Under the pieces are notes generated by a model. That model did no database searches, had not been told where the DNA came from, and saw nothing but the letters and a program-made list of their open reading frames with translations. This document shows positions 16,514 through 23,349 of a stretch of 24,819 nucleotides of DNA, one piece after another (positions within the stretch are counted from its first letter, which is position 1; every line of letters starts with the position of its first letter). This DNA comes from a virus. Lineage: Duplodnaviria; Caudoviricetes. The position numbers and the translations under genes are program-made. The stretch covers positions 1 to 24,819 of IMG/VR virus record IMGVR_UViG_3300016474_000121; one strand, given 5' to 3'.

Positions 16514-16944
16514 GGTGTCTTCCCTTCGATCAAGAAGTCTGCAAACGCCTTTGCCGCATGGACGACATCGTGTGGGGTCATAATGGCACCTCTGCCTATG
16601 TGACACATCATTAATTTATTTGCCTCATCAAGAGCCACTACCCTCATGGGCTGCGTCCTCTCCAGGTAGCTGGTCATACTTTCAATCTTCTGAGCTTGAG
16701 GTGCGAAGGTAAGTCCTGCCGAACTGTTGCCATTAGGGATGGTGCCGATCGTGTAGTTTGCTGAGGATTGCCATTCAATCTTCTGTTGTTCGGCAATCAT
16801 CGCCTTCTTCATCAGTTCAGCCTTCTCCAGTTCAGCCTTCTCCTTCAGCTTGTTTAAACGATCTTGCGTGTGTGCTAGATCGCGCAGTCTGACCTGCTCG
16901 GCAACCTCCTGCGCTGTCATTTCTTTGATGCCGTTATTACTCAT
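16510..16944 (-). CDS. Hypothetical protein (144 aa), C-terminal domain paralogous to 17256-17591
   Basis: GAGG RBS; MRVVAL.EA...A.AFA.FLI.GK shared. Confidence 0.8.
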   Translation of the reverse strand: MSNNGIKEMTAQEVAEQVRLRDLAHTQDRLNKLKEKAELEKAELMKKAMIAEQQKIEWQSSANYTIGTIPNGNSSAGLTFAPQAQKIESMTSYLERTQPMRVVALDEANKLMMCHIGRGAIMTPHDVVHAAKAFADFLIEGKTP

Positions 16945-17245
16945 GGCTCACCTCAATCTCTTTGATGATGTTCAGTTTTTCCAGCACCTCGTCATCTGTG
17001 AGACGGCCGATAACGTCATCAAAACCGTGCTCGTAAACAAGCTCAAAGTTTGAGCCATCGAACTTGACCAGGGCCAACTCCCACAGCCCATGCTCAGCGC
17101 CGAAACTGCACGGCAACATCCCTACGCCAGGGACATTGATGCTGAAGCGAATGACGCTCGCGCCGTAGCCGTTGGGAAAGCGATACAGCTTCTGTATTCC
17201 ATCCCCGACCGGGTGGTCGTCCTCATACAACTTGTACTCTTCCAT
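16937..17245 (-). CDS. Conserved phage protein (YRFPNGYGASVI...GLWELA...DDVIG.LT)
   Basis: GAGGAGAGAGAG-ATG at 17245 (MEEYKL); familiar phage motif. Confidence 0.8.
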   Translation of the reverse strand: MEEYKLYEDDHPVGDGIQKLYRFPNGYGASVIRFSINVPGVGMLPCSFGAEHGLWELALVKFDGSNFELVYEHGFDDVIGRLTDDEVLEKLNIIKEIEVSHE

Positions 17246-17255
17246 CTCTCTCTCC

Positions 17256-17591
17256 TCAGGCTTTGCCATCGATCAGGAACACAGCAAAAGCTCTAGCCAT
17301 TTTTGTAATGTCCTGCGCGGTCATGTGCGCGCCATGTGACATAGAGTCCTTGGCAATCTCGCAGGCCTCGTTTAAAGCGACAACCCGCATGGACTGCGTG
17401 TCTTCCAGGTATTGTTTCTTTGCCAAATCACCCGATGCCACCTGCGCCCAGTAAGTTTTATCCATGCTGTGCAAGGCCTCGTCAAAAGCCTTGACCTTGT
17501 CATCAATGACCGCCTGCTCCAGTGATTTCCCGCTCATCGCCAAGGTCGACGGGGAAATCTTCATGACCCTCTTTCTTTCCTTCTCTTCCAT
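17256..17591 (-). CDS. Hypothetical protein (111 aa), paralog of 16510-16944
   Basis: AGGAGAGAGAG RBS. Confidence 0.8.
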   Translation of the reverse strand: MEEKERKRVMKISPSTLAMSGKSLEQAVIDDKVKAFDEALHSMDKTYWAQVASGDLAKKQYLEDTQSMRVVALNEACEIAKDSMSHGAHMTAQDITKMARAFAVFLIDGKA

Positions 17592-17619
17592 CTCTCTCTC
17601 CTATAAAAGGTTTTTGGTT

Positions 17620-17845
17620 TATTTCACCCAAAGACCCCCCTACCCCCAGGGAGTCGATGGGATGGTTTCACCGCCTTACGGCATCTGCATGCTCATTGCT
17701 GAGCCCCTCGGCTTGCAGATAAGACCAGCCGCACGGGTTGTTCGGGAACTGCCCCCTAGACCGAAGTCATACCGTGTCGCGGTTTTCTTCCGAGCAGCCC
17801 CACTTGCGGCCCCTACTTTCGTGCGGAGTACGGGAACTGGAACGG
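17620..17845 (-). ncRNA. Candidate tetraloop-rich structured RNA (unassigned)
   Basis: Minus strand GAC-UUCG-GUC (17759-17768), GCUCA-GCAA-UGAGC (17691-17704), GCC-GUAA-GGC (17673-17682), AUCUGCA/UGCAGAU stem (17714-17720 with 17683-17689). Confidence 0.5.
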
Positions 17846-17848
17846 GCA

Positions 17849-17945
17849 AAAAAAATCGCTAAGACAGACCCCGTTTAGAACGGCTGGCTCCTTTCGGATA
17901 CCAACAACCCCTTACGGGGCCGGAGTCTGACTTAGCGACTTTTGT
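17849..17945 (-). ncRNA. c4/CI-like antisense RNA (cloverleaf)
   Basis: Outer stem of ~23 bp (AAAAGUCGCUAAGUCAGACUCCG / CGGGGUCUGUCUUAGCGAUUUUU) enclosing GUAA- and GAAA-capped hairpins. Unpaired CGUUCUAA is complementary to UUAGAACG just upstream (17953-17960). Confidence 0.65.
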
Positions 17946-17976
17946 TTGCTGGCGTTCTAATTCCAACAGTGTTGCC

Positions 17977-18005
17977 ACTGTATCAGATGCGAACGTTCAG
18001 TGCAA
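17977..18005 (-). promoter_or_regulatory. sigma70-type promoter for the c4-like RNA and leftward operon
   Basis: TTGCAC-17 bp (tgaacgttcgcatctga)-TACAGT. Confidence 0.65.
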
Positions 18006-18026
18006 GAATTTTTGTAGGGATTTACC

Positions 18027-18491
18027 CTACCATACTGAGGATATTGACCAGTCGATCTTCTTGGAAACGGCTGGAGCTTTTTTCTTTGGCTGAGGCTTGC
18101 GGCCGGGTGACGTCTCGTTCTTGATCATGTTCTCCAAGCGGATCGCCCTCAAGTATTCCTCGTACTTCTTGGTCCGACGGATCAGTCCATCGATCAACCT
18201 CTCTGCCGAATCCTCACGGCCAGGGTTGTAGTGCAGAAACCACTCACGCAGACTGCTCACCAGGACGACCACACGAGGCTTGCCACCCAGGAATCGGAAC
18301 CTGCCGCGCAAGGGCAGGCGCTTCACTTTGACGCTCTGACCACCTACACCACACCCGAGCATGCAAGAGGCCCAGAAATTTTTGGGGAGGAAGTGAAAGG
18401 TCTTGACGAGGACTGCGGTGTCAACGTACTCGCCGTCCTCTGGCTTGTAGTGGAGCAGTTGACGCTCAAGCATTCTGTTGCTTATTGCCAT
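18027..18491 (-). CDS. Basic hypothetical protein (154 aa)
   Basis: GAGG RBS; lies directly downstream of the repeat array. Confidence 0.7.
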   Translation of the reverse strand: MAISNRMLERQLLHYKPEDGEYVDTAVLVKTFHFLPKNFWASCMLGCGVGGQSVKVKRLPLRGRFRFLGGKPRVVVLVSSLREWFLHYNPGREDSAERLIDGLIRRTKKYEEYLRAIRLENMIKNETSPGRKPQPKKKAPAVSKKIDWSISSVW

Positions 18492-18508
18492 GATCGCCTC
18501 TTGTTATA

Positions 18509-18816
18509 TGTTGGTGGCTCCCATAAGGCAGGGTTGGAGCGCAACTGAGCAAGAAAGCCCCACGGGGCCAATCCGTTTCCACCAACACGGCCTGGGACTC
18601 TGGTTACGTTAATCCAGTTCGGTTGTACTTCCCGACGATTCAATCCCAGTGCGTGTTGGTGTTGGACGGGCGTGGTCTTGGATTTCTGGCTGGCATTGTT
18701 GTCCAGCCCACCAGTAGGTCACGCCCACCAACACGGCTGGGGACTGTACGGCTACTGAACCTTTCGGCTCCCTCGTGACCGCACTCCAAGGTGAACAATC
18801 CCCATGCGTCTTGGTG
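18509..18816 (-). repeat. Array of alternating inverted repeats (CACCAACACG / CGTGTTGGTG) with unique inserts; candidate small-RNA array
   Basis: caccaacacg at 18580 and 18726; cgtgttggtg at 18652; cgtcttggtg at 18807; tgttggtgg at 18509. Confidence 0.8.
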
Positions 18817-18818
18817 CT

Positions 18819-18854
18819 TGTTGTTATCCTTCCTTAGCCGGAAGGATAACAACA
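18819..18854. repeat. Perfect 15-bp inverted repeat with 6-nt spacer
   Basis: TGTTGTTATCCTTCC-ttagcc-GGAAGGATAACAACA. Confidence 0.95.
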
Positions 18855-18871
18855 TCCTCAAAGAATGTCAA
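18843..18871 (-). promoter_or_regulatory. sigma70-type promoter driving the repeat array
   Basis: TTGACA-17 bp-TATCCT with TGn extended -10; AT-rich upstream DNA and GTTTAAAC at 18879. Confidence 0.75.
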
Positions 18872-18980
18872 GCTATGCGTTTAAACATACAAAGCGTTTT
18901 GCGTGTTTGTTTTTTATTGGTAACTTATTTTTCGCGCAGCGTTTATACTTGGCGCACGGATTCCTCATCCGTCTGCTGCA

Positions 18981-19433
18981 TCAAGCAGTTGCCTCTCTCT
19001 TCTTGCCCCGCCCTGTGCGGGGCTTTTCTTTGGGGCATACAGAAGGGATGCACTCCACGACGATCTCTGTGCGGGGGTTCTCAGGGTCAAGCCCCCAGTA
19101 GATGTGCTTCTCCTTCACCTGACGGTCGTTCTCATATATGAGGCCCTGCATCAGGTCCAGGATCAACGACTCATCCAGGTCAGGTCTGCGCGACGCATAG
19201 AAGATGCGCATGATCACCCGCAGGTCTCCCTGCATCAGCGTGGCCAGAGGAGTGCATTGACGTTTAAATGCCTCAGAGTACTTCAGCGCCTTGCTCGACT
19301 TGATCAGCCGACTCATCCCGCCAATACGAACCACCTTGCGGCTGTTGGCCTTGGATGCAGGCTCACCAAAAATAATTTGTGATATTGCTTGCAAACCCTG
19401 TTCGCTTGCACTATCATTTGGGCTCAGACTCAT
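18981..19433 (-). CDS. rusA: RusA-like Holliday junction resolvase
   Basis: GEPASKANSRK, RRPDLD...ILDLMQG.IYENDRQV, NPRTEI; GAGG RBS before ATG 19433. Confidence 0.85.
   Translation of the reverse strand: MSLSPNDSASEQGLQAISQIIFGEPASKANSRKVVRIGGMSRLIKSSKALKYSEAFKRQCTPLATLMQGDLRVIMRIFYASRRPDLDESLILDLMQGLIYENDRQVKEKHIYWGLDPENPRTEIVVECIPSVCPKEKPRTGRGKKREATA
19389..19417 (+). promoter_or_regulatory. sigma70-type promoter for the recombination operon, inside the rusA 5' end
   Basis: TTGCAA-17 bp (accctgttcgcttgcac)-TATCAT, 35 bp upstream of ATG 19453. Confidence 0.65.
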
Positions 19434-19452
19434 AAGCACCTCTGGAGAGAGA

Positions 19453-20325
19453 ATGAAAGTTACGAACGTTCACAACGTGCCGCAGCCCCTTGTAACGCTT
19501 GCTGAGGGCCGATATTACAGCAAGGGCAAGTCAGATTACAGCGTCACAGAGCTTATGTCTCCTCCCCGTGTGCAGCGCCTGCGCTCCCAGAGGGACGAGG
19601 ACATGGAGCAGGATGTATCTCAAATGTTGTGGCCCTTGCTGGGCTCCGCTCTCCACGTAGTCATGGAGAGAGGGGAGACAGAGGGGTGGACATCTGAGGA
19701 GCGCCTCTTCCTGGAGATTGACGGGGTGGTCATCTCTGGTGCGATTGACCTTCAGCAAAACACCCCGGACGGGATCGTCATCGTTGACTACAAGTTCACC
19801 TCTGCGTGGGCTGTGATGAATGACAAGATCGAGTGGGAGCAGCAGCTCAATGTGTACAAGTGGCTGGTCGAGCGAGTCAAGAAGACGCCCGTCAAGGCCT
19901 TGCGCATCTGTGCCCTGATCCGCGATTTCAACCGCCATGACACTGGCCGCGCAGGCTACCCGCAGTCTCCCATTCACATGGTGGAGATTCCCATGTGGGA
20001 CCCGGTCAAGGCTGAGACCTATGTACGTGAGCGCCTGGAGATGCACCGCAACTCCAAGCTGGCAGCAGACTTCGGAGAGCCTCTCCCTGAGTGCTCCCCA
20101 GAAGAGCGGTGGATGTCTGAGACGACATACGCCGTCAAGAGAGAGGGACGCAAGACTGCGATCCGTGTGTTTAAAACCATAGAGGAAGCCACCGAGTTGG
20201 CTCAGAAGGAGAAAGGCTATGTCGAAACACGGCTTGGGGAGCCCAAGAGATGCACCGGCAACTACTGCGGTGTTGCTGAGTGGTGCGATCAGTACCAGGC
20301 AGAACTAAATGACACCGTCGTTTGA
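19453..20325 (+). CDS. Cas4-like / PD-(D/E)XK exonuclease
   Basis: SVTEL, GSALH, ISGAID, IVDYK, QLNVY and C-terminal RC...YC...WC; GGAGAGAGA RBS before ATG 19453. Confidence 0.88.
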   Translation: MKVTNVHNVPQPLVTLAEGRYYSKGKSDYSVTELMSPPRVQRLRSQRDEDMEQDVSQMLWPLLGSALHVVMERGETEGWTSEERLFLEIDGVVISGAIDLQQNTPDGIVIVDYKFTSAWAVMNDKIEWEQQLNVYKWLVERVKKTPVKALRICALIRDFNRHDTGRAGYPQSPIHMVEIPMWDPVKAETYVRERLEMHRNSKLAADFGEPLPECSPEERWMSETTYAVKREGRKTAIRVFKTIEEATELAQKEKGYVETRLGEPKRCTGNYCGVAEWCDQYQAELNDTVV

Positions 20326-20614
20326 ACAACGAAAGAAGGACTGGTGGGAGTGGCACAAGGCCAACCCCATGGTCTGGGAATACTTCGAGCGCTTCTCTCT
20401 TGAGGCTGTCTCGAAGGGGCGAAAGAAGATCAGCCACTGGCTCATCATCAATCGCATACGGTGGGAGGTGAACATCGTGACCACCGGAGAGGACTTCAAG
20501 ATCAGCAATGACTACATTGCCTTCTACGCCCGACTCTGGAAAGCGAAGCACCCCCAACACAAGGACCTATTTACAACCAAGCGGATGATCGGAGAACCCT
20601 ATGACGCCGAATGA
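20309..20614 (+). CDS. Conserved phage hypothetical protein (HKANP...RIRWE...FKISND...YAR)
   Basis: Overlaps both neighbours; familiar motif pattern. Confidence 0.8.
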   Translation: MTPSFEQRKKDWWEWHKANPMVWEYFERFSLEAVSKGRKKISHWLIINRIRWEVNIVTTGEDFKISNDYIAFYARLWKAKHPQHKDLFTTKRMIGEPYDAE

Positions 20615-21290
20615 ATTGCTCAAGATTAACGTCAACGAGCACACTGAAAAGAAGAACGGACTGACCTACCTCTCTTGGGCCTGGGCCTGGGCTGAGGTGC
20701 TGAAGCTCGATGCCATGGCGAATTACGATGTGCAGCAGTTCACCCACCCTGACAACCAGAACCTGCTCGTTCCCTACCAGGACATCGGCGGCTCTTGCAT
20801 CGTCTGGGTTTCTGTGACCATCTTTAACAAGACGGTCAAGGTGCAGTTGCCTGTGCTGGACTATCGCAACAAGTGCATCCCCTCGCCCAACGCCTTTGAG
20901 GTCAACACCTCCATCATGCGCTGCCTGACCAAAGGTATCGCCATGCATGGCCTGGGTCTGTACATCTACGCAGGGGAAGACCTGCCGATGGACGCAGAAC
21001 CTGAGGCAAAGCCCGAACCGGTCAAGATCAAGCCCGTCGAGAAGAAGACTGGCGAGGTCAAGGCTGAGGTGGAAATGGATGCCGGCAACTCTGACGCGAA
21101 CGCCAAGCTGTTTGCCGACAGCATGATCCAGTTCTCCACCCTGGTCAAAGACGTGAAGGATTTAAACAGCTACTGGAAGGCCAACCAAGGCCAACTGGAC
21201 AAGCTGAAGGATTCTCACCCCGACCTGTACGAGAACGTGCGCAACACGTTCGCCAACATCAAGGCCCAGTTTTCACAACCCAAGGAGTAA
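20601..21290 (+). CDS. Sak3/DUF1071-type single-strand annealing protein
   Basis: EKKNGLTYLSWAWAW...NTSIMRCLTKGIAMHGLGLYIYAGEDLP. Confidence 0.9.
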   Translation: MTPNELLKINVNEHTEKKNGLTYLSWAWAWAEVLKLDAMANYDVQQFTHPDNQNLLVPYQDIGGSCIVWVSVTIFNKTVKVQLPVLDYRNKCIPSPNAFEVNTSIMRCLTKGIAMHGLGLYIYAGEDLPMDAEPEAKPEPVKIKPVEKKTGEVKAEVEMDAGNSDANAKLFADSMIQFSTLVKDVKDLNSYWKANQGQLDKLKDSHPDLYENVRNTFANIKAQFSQPKE

Positions 21291-21293
21291 ACC

Positions 21294-21590
21294 ATGACTG
21301 ACAAGCAATACAAACCCTATCCCGATTCCGGCTCCCTGCGAGCGACGCAGACCAAGAAAGGTCCCAAGTCGCCCGACTACTGGGGCAACATCGCCATCAA
21401 CCTGAAGGACCTGACCAACATCCAGACCGTTGACGGGCTGACTGTGGTCAAGCTCAGCGGATGGAAGAAGCAAGACAGCCAAGGCCGCACATACCTGTCC
21501 ATCTCTGTGGATCGCTTTGTGCCCGAGCAGCGTACCCAGTCCCGCCCGCAACCTGCTGCCGAGCAAGACGACAGCGACGTGCCCTTTTAA
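21294..21590 (+). CDS. Phage single-stranded DNA-binding protein
   Basis: PDYWG...LSGW...YLSISV core, acidic tail DDSDVPF; follows exonuclease and annealase. Confidence 0.8.
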   Translation: MTDKQYKPYPDSGSLRATQTKKGPKSPDYWGNIAINLKDLTNIQTVDGLTVVKLSGWKKQDSQGRTYLSISVDRFVPEQRTQSRPQPAAEQDDSDVPF

Positions 21591-21607
21591 TCAACAGGAG
21601 AAGAGAG

Positions 21608-22093
21608 ATGCGCCAATACACAAGCAAATCACGCATGATCGAGTTGACACGCTGGATCAAGAAGAACAAGAACGCCACCTTCCATGACTTCGTAGAAGAG
21701 ACCGGCGGCACAGACAGCCAGTTCTATTACATCCGTGATCGACTTGGATGGTCCAAGAAGAAAGGCTTAAGGAAGCAGGCCGAGAAAAGCCAGAAACCGA
21801 TGACCGTAGTTAAAGAGGAGGTGACCCAACCGCTGACTCCAAAAGACGAAGTCATCACCGAAGGCATCACGCCTGACTTCATTTGGTACGAGATGGACCT
21901 GATGCAACGAAAGCTCAATGACATCATCTCCCGCATGGCCCACGTCACCAAGGTTTCCCAGAACCGTGACCTGGAGCAGAAGAAGATGTTGCAGGGCTTG
22001 ATTAAAGAGAACTCCGAGGTCCGCGTTGAGAACAACAGCCTCAAGCAGCAGATCGCGGAGCTCACGGAGATGATCAATGGCACTACAGTTTGA
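21608..22093 (+). CDS. Hypothetical protein with C-terminal coiled coil
   Basis: AGGAGAAGAGAG RBS before ATG 21608. Confidence 0.75.
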   Translation: MRQYTSKSRMIELTRWIKKNKNATFHDFVEETGGTDSQFYYIRDRLGWSKKKGLRKQAEKSQKPMTVVKEEVTQPLTPKDEVITEGITPDFIWYEMDLMQRKLNDIISRMAHVTKVSQNRDLEQKKMLQGLIKENSEVRVENNSLKQQIAELTEMINGTTV

Positions 22094-22487
22094 GGCCAGA
22101 AAGATCGCTCTGAAGCAGGACAGGACTGGTTACGTGCTAACCCTGTCCCTGCACCCAGACGAAATCCCGGAGGAGCTATTGCGGGACTTCGTTGGGGCGC
22201 GATATGCCTGCGCCTTGGTTCGCATTCAGGATGACGAGAGCCCGACCCAGTACGTCAACCGGGTACAGAAGGCTGGGATGCTTTGCCGCAATCCTGCGTT
22301 CCAGGAGTTTGTCGCAGAGAGACTGGTCGGCCACTCCGTCAACGAAGAGCAAACCGCAAACGCCCTGTGTAAACAGTGCGGAATCACATCACGATCAGAA
22401 CTCAATGGCAACGTTCAAGCACAAGAAATGTTCGATGCCATAGTCCTGGACTTTGAAAACTGGAGCCCAAATGCCGACCCCTTCTAA
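22077..22487 (+). CDS. Conserved phage protein (AGMLC...FQEF...CGITSRSEL)
   Basis: Coupled ORF, GGAG RBS. Confidence 0.8.
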   Translation: MALQFEARKIALKQDRTGYVLTLSLHPDEIPEELLRDFVGARYACALVRIQDDESPTQYVNRVQKAGMLCRNPAFQEFVAERLVGHSVNEEQTANALCKQCGITSRSELNGNVQAQEMFDAIVLDFENWSPNADPF

Positions 22488-22812
22488 CAACTACAAGCCC
22501 TTCTTGACCTACCTGCATCCAAGCGAGTACGCCAAGCTCAAGAAGTTTGCAACCAAGACAAAGACACCGATGACTCAGATCGTGCGTGAGGCTGTGGCTG
22601 CGCGCATCTCTGGCGGCAACGCCTACGTCAGCGGTTTCAATGCTGGTCTGCAAGAGGCTATCGACGCCGTCAATGCCATGAATCACGCGCAGATGCGATT
22701 CCCCTCCGGGAAGTCGTTTGCCGAACTTGTCTCTGACGACCTTATTACTCGACGCATGACGGAGGTGAAAGATGAATCTGGTGGGGCAGAGAAATCAGTG
22801 CCAAGGCTGTAA
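22471..22812 (+). CDS. Ribbon-helix-helix-like DNA-binding protein
   Basis: FLTYLHPSEYAKLKKFATKTKTPMTQIVREAV; GGAG RBS before ATG 22471. Confidence 0.65.
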   Translation: MPTPSNNYKPFLTYLHPSEYAKLKKFATKTKTPMTQIVREAVAARISGGNAYVSGFNAGLQEAIDAVNAMNHAQMRFPSGKSFAELVSDDLITRRMTEVKDESGGAEKSVPRL

Positions 22813-23008
22813 GCAGTACTTCAACAGCAACTCAGCCTTTGAGAAGCACAGGACTGGGAAGTACGGTGTAAACAGGCGATGCCTGACGCCAGAAGAGATG
22901 ACGGCGAAGGGCATGCTGGTAAACCATGCGGGCTTCTGGGTGACCAAGGCCTACGATCCAAACATCAAAAGGAAAGATCATGAAAGAGACGAAGAAGAAG
23001 GAGAGTGA
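22772..23008 (+). CDS. Phage FDxHR-type zinc-binding protein
   Basis: CQGC...[13 protein letters not shown]...RRCLTP; GGAGG RBS. Confidence 0.75.
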   Translation: MNLVGQRNQCQGCKQYFNSNSAFEKHRTGKYGVNRRCLTPEEMTAKGMLVNHAGFWVTKAYDPNIKRKDHERDEEEGE

Positions 23009-23159
23009 GCAGGACAAGAAGTCCTACTGCCCTCAGAGCATCCTTGATCCCAACTTCAAGTACGTGCCCGCCGCCGCCACAGACGTTACTCAGACATGGC
23101 TCAGATTCGGCTGGAAGCCGATCGAAAGGAACGGGAAGCGTAATGAAAGCCGTTCTTGA
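22980..23159 (+). CDS. Small conserved phage protein (59 aa)
   Basis: Missing from the ORF track; hand translation MKETKKK...[28 protein letters not shown]...; AAGGA RBS. Confidence 0.7.
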   Translation: MKETKKKESEQDKKSYCPQSILDPNFKYVPAAATDVTQTWLRFGWKPIERNGKRNESRS

Positions 23160-23349
23160 GTTCAACTACCCAGACGACGAAGATAAGCTGCGCCATGCGA
23201 TACACGGAACGGAAGCGATCCATGCCCTGGACGACATACGCAGATTGATCAGGGCTTGGGAGAAGCATGATGCCTCCAACCCCGAAGAGCTGATTGATCA
23301 GATCAAAGAAAAAGTTTACGACGCACTGCGTCAATGCGGAGAAGAATGA
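23143..23349 (+). CDS. Hypothetical protein ([12 protein letters not shown]...)
   Basis: True start is likely ATG 23143, inside track ORF 23005-23349. Confidence 0.75.
   Translation: MKAVLEFNYPDDEDKLRHAIHGTEAIHALDDIRRLIRAWEKHDASNPEELIDQIKEKVYDALRQCGEE

Noticed and set aside
18509-18816. CRISPR array or tRNA cluster
   Set aside because: The repeats alternate in orientation and are only ~10-20 bp, with irregular inserts; no TTCGA T-loop or canonical cloverleaf; the Cas4-like gene sits in a standard exo-annealase-SSB context with no cas1/cas2.
1194-18886. GTTTAAAC sites as cloning or assembly artefacts (PmeI linkers)
   Set aside because: Sites lie in frame within intact conserved proteins, have unrelated flanks and are accompanied by 7/8 variants.
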